Made by a program: the position numbers and the translations under genes. Source: Mustelus asterias (Eukaryota). From it: DNA of 64,000 nucleotides. Of the stretch, positions 25,271 through 37,600 are shown piece after piece. Numbering within the stretch: the first letter of the stretch is position 1; the number at the start of each line of letters is the position of its first letter. The notes under the pieces are model-generated. The model saw only the letters and a list, made by a program, of their open reading frames with translations, had not been told where the DNA came from and ran no database searches. The DNA lies in contig NC_135806.1 of NCBI RefSeq assembly GCF_964213995.1, forward strand, positions 84,878,001-84,942,000, read 5' to 3'.

Positions 25271-26089
25271 TGTCAACTTGAATGCAATCACATCAGGTCC
25301 TGGTGGTTTACGAACTTTAAGTACAGCCAGCCTAACTTAATACCTCCTCTTTAGCAATTTTTAGCCCATCCAGCTATCACCTTTCTCACGATGGCTTGGG
25401 CAGTGCCTTCCTCCTTGGGAAACAGAGATGGAAATACCCAGTTCGTACCTCAGCCATGCTCCCTGCCTAATGCGTAAATCCCCTTTTTGCTCTCCAATTA
25501 GCCCCATCTGTCTTTTAACACTTTAAAACTATTTATAAGCCTATAAATACTCCCGTGTTCCCTTTTATGGTAGCTGCTTGTCTCATATTCTATTTGCTTT
25601 TTCTATTTGTTTCTCACTTAGTCCTGAACCAGTTTTGTTCTCAATTGTATTATCCACCTGACATGCACCCTTTTTCTGCTTCATTTTATTCTCCATCTCC
25701 TTTGTCATCCAGGGAGCTCTGGATTTGTTTGGCCTATTTTCCCCCCTCCTGGGAATTACCTTGAAGTACCCAAATCATCTCTTTAAAGACAGCCCAGTAA
25801 TAAATTACAGTTATACCTGCCAATCTTTGATTCTAATTTTCCTGGGCCAGATCTCTTCTAAAATGCTAACATACTAAATTCATTTTATTACAGTGTATTT
25901 CAGAAGTTGTAAAGTGTTTCAGGGTCACATTATGTAATCTAATGTGTTTTTCAATGAACATTGAAATTCAATTATCTTACTAATGAATTATAAGAAGTAA
26001 TTACAATCAAACTGCTGTGTCACATGGAATTGTCATGACTTGCACTGAAGCTGTGACCAATATTCCATTTCAATAGGGACCATTAAAAT

Positions 26090-26870
26090 CATTGACAACT
26101 TGTATTTATAATATACTTTTAACATAATAAAATGAATAAGGTGCTTCATAAAGGCATTACAAACAAAACATTATACTCAGCCACAAAGGGGGTATTGGGC
26201 AGATGAACAAAAGCTTGGTTAAAGAGGGAGATTTAAGGAGCATTTTAAAGGATAAAAGGTAAGCAGAAAGATTTAGGGGTTCAGCAGTTGAAAGCACAGC
26301 TATCCATATTACAGAGATTAAAATAGAGATGCTCAAGAAGCCAGAATTGGATCTGCAGAGATATATCAAAGAACAAAAACAGCACAGGAACTGGCCCTTC
26401 GGCCTCCAAGCTTGTGCCAATCATGATGCCCTAACTAAACAAAGAACAAAGGAAAACTAAACGAAGAACAAAGAGAGTTTTAATCGTGGGGAAGATTAAG
26501 GGTAGGGAGAGGTGAGACTGTTGATGGATTTGAAAATAAGGATGAGGAAGACAATTTTAAATCTAAGGCATTGCTTGACTGGGAGCCAGTGTAAGTCTAC
26601 TGGCACAAGGGTGTTGGAAGAGCAGGGCTTGGTGTCAGTAAGGAAACAGGCAGTAAAACTTTGGATGACCTCATATTTACAGAGAGGCCAGCTGGGAGTG
26701 CATTGGAATAGTCAAGTCTAGAGGCAACAAGGCATGTTTGAGCATATTAGCAGCAGATGAGCTCGTCAAACTATGTTACAGAGATGGAAATAAATGGTCT
26801 TAGTGCAGACATGTGATTGGAAGCTCATCCTTTGGTCAAATACAACACCAAAGTTGATAATCTGGTTCTG
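26090..26870. mobile_element. Old L2-like LINE remnant (similar at ~4820-5110 and ~30260-30700)
   Basis: Recurring degenerate motif set (atttaggg...cagttgaaagcac...ggatttgaaaataag..ttttaaa...gggagccagtgtaag). Confidence 0.5.
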
Positions 26871-27224
26871 TTGCTAGGGTGAGGGATAAAATCAGTAGTC
26901 AAGGAAATGGAATGCTGCCAACACTGTGGTCCTGTCTGTGTCAGCTGTTTGGTCGAGATATCCAACTAATTCCACTTCCTTGCACTTTCCCTAAACCCTA
27001 TGAATGTTCTCCCTTTCAATTGTTTATAGAACAAAATGGGTGTGTAGGGGACAGGAATCCTGGGATCAGGCATACCCAACATTTTTAAATGGTTCCAGAA
27101 TCCTTCTGACTCCACAAAAATCCATGGCCTGATCTTTACAATGGCTCCTTTTGCATTCTTCCCTTTTGCAGTGTGAACTACATGGGCGTTGTAACTAGGT
27201 AGAAATATTAATTAACTTAGTTCC

Positions 27225-28218
27225 GTAGGGACTAGGGTGCTAGGACCCAACTGTTCACATTATATATTAATGATTTGGAAGAAGAAACTGAATGTGTTAT
27301 CTCCAAATTTGCAGATGATACAAAGTTGGGTGGGAGGGTGGGCTGTGAGGAGGATGCAGAGATGCTCAAGTGTGATTTGGACAGGCTGAGTGTGTGGGCA
27401 TCTGCATAGCAGGTGCAGTATAATGTGGATAAATATGAGGTTATCCACTTCTGTAGCAATAATAGGAGGACAATTATTATTTGAATGGGTGTAAATTGAG
27501 AAAGATGGATACTCAATGAGACCTCGGAGTCCTCATGAATCAGTCACTGAAGTAAGCGTGCAGGTACAGTAGGCAGTAAAGAAGGCAAATGGTATGTTGG
27601 TCTTCATAGTGAGAGGATTTGAGTATAGGGATAAGGATGTTTTACTGCAATTGTATAGGGTGTTGGTGAGGTCACACCTGGAGTATTCTGTGCAGTTTTG
27701 GTGTCCTTATCTGAGGAAAGATGTCCTTGCTGTGGAGGGAGCACAGTGAAGGTTTACCAGGCTGATTCCTGGAATGGCAGGTCTGTCATATGAGGAGAGA
27801 TTAAATCAGGATTATATTCACTGGAGTTTAGAAGAGTGAGAGGGATCTCATAGAAACTTATAAAATTCTAACAGGGTTAGACAGGGTAGATTCAGAAAGA
27901 ATGTTCCCAATGGTGGGGGAGCACAGAACTAGGGGTCATAGTTTGAGGATAAGGGGAGGATAAACCTTTTAGAACTGAGGTGAGGAGAAATTGCTTCACC
28001 CAGGTGGTGGTGAATGTGTGGAATTCACTACCACAGAATGTCGTTGAGGCCAAACCTTTGTCTGATTTCAAGAAGAAATTAGATATTGCTCTTAGGGCTA
28101 AAGGGATATGGGAGGGGATCAGGATATTGAATTCGGTGATCAGCCATGATCAAAATGAATGGTGGAGCAGGTTCAAAGGGCCAAATGGCCTACTCCTGCT
28201 TCTAGTTTCTATGTTTCT
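27225..28218 (+). mobile_element. CR1 LINE 3' portion, degenerate
   Basis: KFADDTK, RSHLEYSVQFW and RRNCFTQ..WNSLP motifs; tail gtttctatgtttct. Confidence 0.88.
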
Positions 28219-31200
28219 AACAGTTAAGGCAGCTGATCGCAAGAAACTGGTATGGCCTTAAATGTGCCAATAGTCTGGGTTTACAGAATTATATTTGTTT
28301 TAATTACACTCTGTGCAATTGAGGGCTTCTTTGTTAGCCTTATAAAAATAAGCAAAAGTTTAGAACTCAGCAACTTGAACTTAGTATTATTGCACCCTTT
28401 CTTTAAACAACAGCCATGTATTTTAATAGGTTGTATTTTACTAAATGTCTTAATTTATGAAACATAACTGTAGGACAGAACACCTATATTTTTAAAATAA
28501 ATCTTTTCCTGACATGGTAGGAATTATTACTCTCAATTGTCTTAGTATCTGTGAGATTGCTTTAGGATGTTGATATGAATTGTTTAAGATAGCTTGCGTT
28601 ATTGATAAGAGGATTGAAATTGCTTGTACAAATGCTCTCTATCAACAAGGATGTATTTGTTCACAATAGAATGTAATCAGAGAATAAAATTAAAATCTTT
28701 GATGGCTTCTGTGGCATACTGGCAGCATTCGATGAATCCGAGGTCTGTGAGGGATAAGAATCTTCCATGTTGTCTTCACTGCTTTTGTTATGTACAACAT
28801 TTCGTTTAATAAATTATATTTGATTCATAAATAATAGTTATTCGTACCTTGTTAGGCCAGAATCCATTGTTAGAGATAATCAATTCAGAACTTAGAACTT
28901 GAGGTAAAGGGGGTTATACATCAGAACCTCCAGAGTCCACCTGACTTGCGTCTGAGATTGTCTGTGGACCAAAGTTTACTGAATTATCATCACACTTCAC
29001 ATACCACAATTTGCATTTGTCTATTAGAAGTGTGTGTGCAAATTGTGAGGCATTAATTTAAGCAAATCCTAGGGGACGAATGTAAAGATACTTGGTGGAT
29101 TTTTATGAGTTACCAAAAGCACTTACAGTGCAATGTAAATGTTTTCTCTTCCCTATTCCAGTTTTCTAGAATCTCAGCTTCACAGAAATATTGGAACCCA
29201 CATTCTGAGGTTGCAGTTTGCCATTAGATGGAGCATGTTGATTTGGTGTAACAATTAATTTACAGGAAATCATTTGCTGAGCTCGAACCTCTTTTTATGC
29301 ATTAAGTTTAAGGGTGATTTTAATTGCTTTGGAAGAAATTAATGTTTCTCTGGTGATTCACAAAGCATTCAAGTTATTTAAATAAAAAAACATGTAAAAA
29401 TGTTGCTGATAATTTGAGAAAAGCTAAAAGTTTTGTAGTGTGTGGAAACTCTTGATCAGTTGCTGAAAGATAATCTAACTTCTATTGTAGGCAAGTTGTC
29501 TGCCAAGCCACTGACACTTGCCTCGAATATGCTTGTGAGGAGTGTTTTTGTGAACTTGTAGGGCAGGATCTTATCCCCTTCAAATAAATCTAGAGTCAGG
29601 ACCATTTCTGAATTCCGACTCCGCAATTGCTGACAGCACACCCACTGGTGACATCTTATAGGAGATGGCCTTGTAATTGATCGGCTCTGCTGCCCAATTA
29701 AGGACAGCAGAGACTTCAGGCCTTCTGAATAGGACAGCCAACCTTTCTAAGCTGCAGGTCCATTGGCAAAGATGGGTGCTGCAACTGTAGGATAGAAACT
29801 TATCAAAATGCAAGCTCAGCTACACTCTCCTACCACTTCTGACACTAATAAATAAACTTTAAACTTGATCCCAAGGAGACAGAATATCCTATATTCTTTC
29901 AGAGGCATAGGTTATTATCTGCCCTTTGAGGAGTGCTGGTGTATTCAGCTTGTCCTGGGATGGAGGTTTCCCAATCTCTGATCAAATATGGAAGCTGTGA
30001 ATGTTCATTGATTTAGAATTCTGGATCTCAATTGTGTTTTTTTGGTTCAAGCCTAAAGATTAACGAGGTTGCTTACTCCTATCAACCCAACGCTCCTAAC
30101 ATGACCCAGATGTATTCCCTATATTAGCCCAGAGCCAAGACAGCAAGGCATCATGAAGTTGCAGAATGGCTAAACACAGCTGCAGACATGCCAACACTCT
30201 GAAATTGGGAACTGTGGTAGAAGAGCATTGCTGAGCTTGCATTTTGAGTCAGCAACTTCAGTATTTATATAACATCTTTTAACATATTAAAAACATTTCA
30301 AGGTGCATTACAGGAGAATTAAAAAATAAAATACAACACCGAGCCACATAGGGAGATATTAAATTTTAAGGAATTAAAGGAGGAAAACAAGGTGGAGTGG
30401 AAGTGATTAAAGGAGGTAATATCAGAAGCTTGGGGGCAAGGCAGTTGAAAGCACATCAATAAGTTAAGGAACGATTAGAACCAAGGGGTTAGAACAAGAG
30501 CAGCATAGATGTGTGAGGATTGTGGGGCCGGGGGAGATACAGAGATAGGGAGGAGGTAAGGGCTCAGAACTTAAAAACAAGGATATGAATTTGCTTAACC
30601 AGGAGCTAATGTACATCAGTGAGCAGGGACACAAGGTGAACAACATTTGATAGGAGTTGGGGCACATGCAGCAGAGTTTTGGGCAACCCTATATTTAAAG
30701 GGGATGTCAGAAACTGTATTTTGGACTCCCTTTTGCGGAAGCAATTCATCTACTACTTGGAAAAACAAATTTTTCGAATATCTTTTTAAAGTACAATCTC
30801 AATTTTACAGCCTGAAATTATCCAATTTGTAATCCTCTTTCTGATAGGTTGTGAATCTATAAAGTCATGTTTCTTTCAAGCTTGGTGCAAGAGGTATGAA
30901 AAAGCTAAAATCACTAAAATATTGGGATGCAAGTTGTCCTAAATAGGCACCAGCGCTTGTGTCAGAGTGTATTTCTTGCTTAAATGTCTTCTCTCTGGAG
31001 CAATCACGAGGTACAAGTTAGATACAGTTGGAAGACTGCGCATCAGGAAATAGCACAGAGCCATCAGAAGTCACGTCTGGCTTTTCCACTGAGAATTTGC
31101 TGTCTACGTGCTTTGCTTTAGAGGCATAGTTACTAAATATAATAGTTTAGTTTGACAGATCAAAGAGATTTAAGGTTCTGAAAATTCACCCTGATGCTGA

Positions 31201-32059
31201 ACGCTCTGAGCAATACTCTTGTGTTCTCAGTTTTCTTGTTTGGGAGAACATTTATCTTTTGGGCTGTTGTCCTTTATCATTTTTTACTTCCCAAATTAAT
31301 GTCAGCCATTTTTGTTGTCACGTCAAAGTTATTGTCTTTGACTTTTGCCAAAAGCTTTAGGCAGAATTTGCGATCTGTAATTGCTCTGATATAGCAGATG
31401 GCAAAGTCAGTATAACCATGGAAATTCAAAAGAAAACTCCATGTAGAGTTAGCCTTTTACAATAAAAATAGGGTTCAAAGAGCCGTAAGCCCATTTTAAA
31501 ATGCATGTTGTAAATACTCAGCAAGTCTAGCATCTGTGGAAAGAGAAACAGTTAATGTTACAGCTCAGTTATCTGCTGAATGTTTCCAGCAATTTTTGTT
31601 TCAGATTTCCAGCATCTGTAGAACTTTAAATACATGTTGTTTGCTTGTCCTTGAGCCTGAAATGAATTCAATCAGAAGCTGTAATTAAAACAAAAGGTGC
31701 TATAAGTACTCAGGTCAGGCAGCATCTGTGGAGAGAAACATAGTTAATGTTTCAGATTGAGATGACCTTTCATCAGAATTGTTGCAGACCAGCTAGAAAT
31801 TACTTCCGCTTTGATCATTTTCCACCTACTGCAGTTCCTTTCCTTGCCACTTGGCAATTTGTCTCTCAGTTCTCCCATCTCCAAGTGCATACTAATTCCC
31901 TCACCATTCATATTACTTGACATCAATAGCATACATGCTTCACTGTCTTGTACTGTTGTAAAGTCACTCCCCATTAAATAAATTCAACCATATGCTTTCT
32001 CCAGCTATAACCCATTCCTTAGCTTCACTGATGTCTTTGAAATTAATGCTAATCCAGGT

Positions 32060-33017
32060 TGAGACTTACTGAGAGAAAAATGCTACATATTGATATACTT
32101 GAAAACAGAGGCAGAAGTAGCTTTGCTAACTGTGGACAGACTAAGTCTCCCAGATTTTGGGCAGAAAGAAACAGGTCTCACGGAGGCAAAAGATTGCAGC
32201 TGTTGTGGTCAGCAGAAAGGAAGCTGCGGGTGCTTCGCAAGCCAACAGGCAGAAACCAGGAGCTCTGGTCAAAGAGATCCATCCCATAGAAATCTGAAGA
32301 CTGCAGAAAATTTGCCATAGTGAAGCTGGGGAAGAAATCCTAGATCTACTGGTACGCAATTCAGGAATTCTCTGAAAACTGAGGGAAGCATCTCTCGATT
32401 CTGTGAAACAGGAAGATGTAAACCTATTGGAAGCTGGGTGTGACTGTAGACAGAATCATAGAATCCTACAGTGCAGAAAGAGGTCATTCAGTTCATCAAG
32501 TCTGCATTGACCACAATCCCACCAAGGCCCTATCCCCATAACCCCATGCATTTACCCTATCTAGTCCTCCTGACACTAAGGGGCAATTTAGCATGGCCAA
32601 TCCACATAAAGTGCCTATCTTTGGACTGTGGGAGGAAACCAGAGCACCCGGAGAAAACACGAGGAGAATGTGCAAACTCCACACACACTGACCCAAGCCG
32701 GAAATCAAACCCAGGTCCCTGATGCTGTGAGGGAGCAGTGCTAACCACTGTGCTGCCCTATAAAGACTGTAATCCTCTGGAGAGTATGTTGTAATGTATA
32801 TGCAGAATGGGGTTATCAGAGATGTTAAAACATTAATAAGGGCTTTTTTTATGGTTTAGAGTATTAGTTGCCAATTAGGTAATGTCTGGTAGATGTTTCT
32901 TAGAGTTTGTTACAGTAAAAGCCCCAAAAATCAAACCTTTGTTGTGCAATTAAATTAAGTTGGTCTCTGGAATTTCAAATATTTTATTCTTAAATTATCA
33001 GTCTCCAGATCATAACA
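32060..33017 (+). mobile_element. Possible solo-LTR remnant interrupted by HE1
   Basis: Ends ...cagtctccagatcataaca after a polyA-like AGTAAA. 5' end not identified. Confidence 0.35.
32452..32758 (-). mobile_element. HE1-type V-SINE
   Basis: Reverse copy of 17327-17676. Confidence 0.88.
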
Positions 33018-33752
33018 CTTTCTCACAACACTGAAAGTGCCCTGCCCAAAGTCACAGATGATGGCTTCTATAACTAAAGTGCTGATTCTGTTAGCTTTAC
33101 ATGGCCACTTCTCTATTATCCAGTTTTGAGAGACGCTAAGCTAACTCTAGAAATGGCTACTTTTCCTACTCAGTTGTCATCTCTGGAGTTCTCCCAAAGA
33201 TTTACCTTTGGACTTTTTACTTTTCCTGCTCCTTGGTGACATGATCCATAGATTCAGTTTCCAAACAACCAATGACAACAAATGATCTCTCTATCTCCAA
33301 CTCCTTCCTCAACCTCCTCCATCGTGACAGTAGTAATCTAAAACTAGTCTAAAGAGACTGAGGATGTGGGAAAAATTTCTTTACACTAAGGATGGTCGGA
33401 ACATGGAACTGCTTTAACATTGAGTGTTCAAGTCAGAAGACGATTGTATCTTTTAATGGAAAAATGGGTAAAAGCTTCCAGCAAGGAAGTTGCAATGGAG
33501 TTTTAGATTGCTCTCACAAAGAGCTGCATAGAGATGATGGTTGGTTGACTGGCTTTCTCCTGCATTACAAGCTTTTATTGCTGCTTGTCCGTCATCAAGT
33601 CATCATTTTTCCCAAATCACTCTCACGAACATTCTTTACTTTAATAAGTGAGCCCAGAAATCACATTTAAAACATTAAAACATCTGGGTTTTTTAAAATG
33701 TAAGGTGTATACACAAAAAATCAACTGACACCCAAAATACATACAGTAATAA

Positions 33753-33758
33753 TTTATT
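33753..33758 (-). terminator. Candidate APC polyadenylation signal
   Basis: AATAAA ~900 nt after the APC stop, followed on the minus strand by GU/U-rich sequence. Confidence 0.5.
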
Positions 33759-34653
33759 TTGAAATTTTCATTTAGTTCTTCTGAAACAATTTCTGTCTCA
33801 TTCATAAAAGAGTAGCCATCTCACCTCAAATAACAATATACAACAAGTTACAGCATAGCAATGGCCCTAACTACTTTTCTGGTTAAAATCTAGATCAGGA
33901 GAAAATACTCCAGTCCAAAGCTGCAAGGTTACAGACAATCTCTTTTTGCAGCACACACACAGCAGTGTATATTCATACACCTTAGCTATCTATGCACATC
34001 ATGTGATCACAGAATCTGAGTCATTGCTTCAAACAACATACCATCCAATCTGATCATGCAGAAGAGCAGGCTGGGGAAGGTTGTTGCAGCAGAAATTATA
34101 AGGCTGTAAATTTCACAGCTGCATGATTGCTTAGAGGGTTAGGATACTTCACAATTACTAACATGGAATATTAATACTCATTTCATTCACTTTTTTGCAT
34201 GTATGTAATTAATTTCTATTGTTTTAAAACTCCCTGACCATTTTTTTGCTATTAAAATGTTGAACATGATTGATACATTTTAATGGACTTACCTAGACAC
34301 TTTCCAAGTATTTTAAGTTATATAAGCCAAGCAATACATAAGGGATTATGGCATGAACTCTTAATACATAATACAAGTAAAACTGACTGTACAATGTGTT
34401 GGTTTTATGACTTGCAGGAATAATCTCAAACCTCCTAACCAAATGCATCTGCCAAATATCCACCAGCATCTATATTGTTCCCTATCAAATATGGCTTCCT
34501 TAACAAAGACCCTCTGCAAAGAGAAAAAAAAGTAGAGATATTTACAAATGCTAAGTTGATCAATATTTCTTGTAAAACCACTCATCTCCAAATTTCTGTT
34601 GAATTGTGCCAAAATCATACATCATAAATCAATTTTCTACAATCACAGTTATT

Positions 34654-37600
34654 TCAAACAGAAGTTACTAAATATGATCCAGAATGCCGTTTAGGGCTTT
34701 GATTTCCAGTGGACTCAGTGGTTTCAGGTTTAGAGCTCTCCTTTCTTTTGTTGTTGTTTACAGGTGTTGGAATTTGTGATGGCCGTGTGGAGCTGTTATC
34801 TGTGCTACTTTTACGAGGACTGGGGACGTAATTGAAAGGAGTAACTCTTGCAGCAACAGTGCCACTAGGCGAGTTGTGCTTGCTTGAGCTGTTTGAACTA
34901 AAAGGTGTACGCTCGGTGACAACTGTGGTCTCAATTTCTGGTGAGGTAGCAGAACTGTTCACAGCAGATTTAGTTTCTGCTGCCTTTTTCTCTGGGCTAT
35001 CCAACTGCGTAAATGAATTTAAACATTTTTCCATTCTTAGACCATGAGGAGGAGTTCTATGTTCTGAAGCTGGTTTGTTCTGTCCATCACCTGAGCCTTC
35101 TTCATCACTTAGAAGCAACTTTTCAGACACATCGTCAATAACCGGGGGTGTATTACCTGTTGGAGATTTTCCAGGCCGAGGATTGTTTATTGGGCAGTCC
35201 TCAATTCTCACCCACACATCCTCAGTCTTTGACACAGGAGGTGCCATCTGGTAAACTAAATGTTTGGATTCAACACTATTTGGAGCTGAAGAATTCTGAG
35301 AGTGATTGTTCGTTTGTGAAATTTCATTATCCTTAATTTTTCTCCAAGTTCCCCTCAAAGGAGCTGGGTTTTCCTTGGCTTGTTTATTACCATGTGCAAA
35401 ATTCACCTGATGTGGTCTTTCATCTTCACTTTTAGCCTTTTCACTTGACTCCGAAGAAGCTGACAGGATTGATGAAGAACTCCCTGTGCGTCGCCATGTG
35501 CTAACTCGAGGGAGGGATGATGAATGTTTGCTATGTTCTCGCTTCCATGTACCCGATCTGTTCACAGGAAGCCTTGAAGGACTTTCGGAATGAGAACGAG
35601 CTATGTCATGTTTCCGCATGGGCCTTCCTTCAAGATGTTCTGCAGAGAGATTCTGATTTGGAGGTATTTTTCTCCAACTGCTAGTTTGATTTTGTAAATG
35701 ACTGGGCATCCCATCTAGATGCTGAGATGGACTTAAAACTGGGGTTTGAGTTTGTGATCTAGTTGGTGATGCAGGCCTAGAGGGTGGTGACAAAGATTCA
35801 AAAGAAGTGGACTCTTCTAATTTTCTCCGCAATGTTGGACTCGGGGCTTCCTTTATAAAAGTTGACTGACGCATTAATGTAGGCCTTTCAGATCGGTCAG
35901 ATTCACTGCCACTTGATTTTGTTGAAGACATTCTCGACAGTTCCACTCTTTTACCTGGTACAGAGCTACTGGCACTCTGGCTTAGCCCCTTAGAATTTGA
36001 TTCACTTCTTGTAATAGATGGTGTACCCTTTCCTAGACCCGCTTGCTTTGAGGGAGCCTGCTGATTCATTGGTCTACCTGGAGATGTATAAGGCATTCTT
36101 CCTGATCCTGAAGGTTTAGCTGAGGCAGTACTTGGAGAAGATGTCCTTGGCAGTTGTGATATCTTGTTAGAAGGGCTGATCCCATTTCTTCCTGGAGATA
36201 TGGAATTTCGACCAGGAGACTGCATTGGTCTCGACAGTGATTGTTGAGAAGGTCTAGAAGGAGTGGAATCTCTAGATCCTGACCTAGAAGGTCCTTTGCT
36301 GCTGGATGCTCCCGGAGTGCCTGTTTGCTTGCCTATCGGGCTTGATTCTGATTTTATTGTCGTCTTAATGCTTCTTGGTGAATTATTTGAATGTTGCCCT
36401 GGGCTTGGACTTTTAGAGCTTGTATTTTTTGGTGGCATCTTCGGAATAGGGCTGGTGCTAGGTGAGCTGTTCCTTACACCAGGTATGTGAATCATGGTCC
36501 TTCCACGTGAGATCATAGGCATATTTGCCTGTTGAGTGTGTTTTGGATGACTGGAAGCAGTCTCAACATTCGATCGGGCCTTTCCAGTTATTAAACTTTT
36601 ATACACTCTTTTTCCTCCTCGAATAGCTTTAACATTTTCCTCCTCATTCTTTTTATTATCACTGGTTACTTTCTCACCAGGTTTGACAATTTTAGGGCCT
36701 TTATTGGAACTGAATGGTTTTTCTTCCTGGTCAGGTGTAAGGTGAAAGGGTGATCCTAAGGAAATACCAGATTTAAGTGACAGAATAGAATCAGAATCAG
36801 AAGAACCCTGTCTTGACAGGCAAGCAGCAGCTTGATGCAAGCTGCTTACTATAGAATTAGCACCCTCTTGAATGGCTTTCCAGTCAAAGCTTTCAGAGTC
36901 GGGAGAAAAAGCCTGCTCTGAGATAGGGCTTTGCACTTGCTCCCTTAAATTCATAGGCTCGTCTGTCTCATCTACTGATGCTGAAGTATCACTTCCTGTA
37001 TTTTCCCAGTTACTCTTGCCTTTTGCAAGGTGCTTTTTCTTTTTTGGCATAGCTGAACTTATGCACTCTTGCAGAAGGTCATCTTCAGAGTCAATACTGA
37101 GAGAGCTAAGAGAGCTATTTCTGGAAAAGCAAACAGGTGTGTCTTCAACATGAAATGATTTGGGTGCATAACCAGAGGCTGGAGGTCTGTTAACTGCAAC
37201 TTGACTATTTGTGTGCTCCCCCTGTTCAATATGCTGCGTTACTTTTTTATTATTATTCTCTTGGTCAATATCACTGAGAGAACTTAAGGATGAATTACGA
37301 GAAAAACAAACAGGAGTATCTTCAATGGCAAAATTCTGCATTTTCTCATCTGTAACTGTTTCTCGGTCACTATTGTCTTTTGGCGTTTGGGAGAAAACAG
37401 CTTGTCTCTGTAATGCAGATTTTGACTGCCCTCTGCTTGATAAAGATTTTTGACCTGGCTGCATTCTATCAGTAGGTTGCTGACTGTTAGGAATTTGTTC
37501 ATTATTACAATTTTTTACATCATTAGAAGTTTTGTCTTTTTTGCCTTTCTCTTTTTTCAGTTCTGCTTTCTCTTTTGAGAGGTCAGTATCATCATCATCA

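Noticed and set aside
28848-29020. Exon-like minus-strand segment between APC and SRP19 (tag|ACAAAT...AAG|gtacga)
   Set aside because: Stops in all three frames; similarity to the start of APC exon 15 is only ~6 nt.
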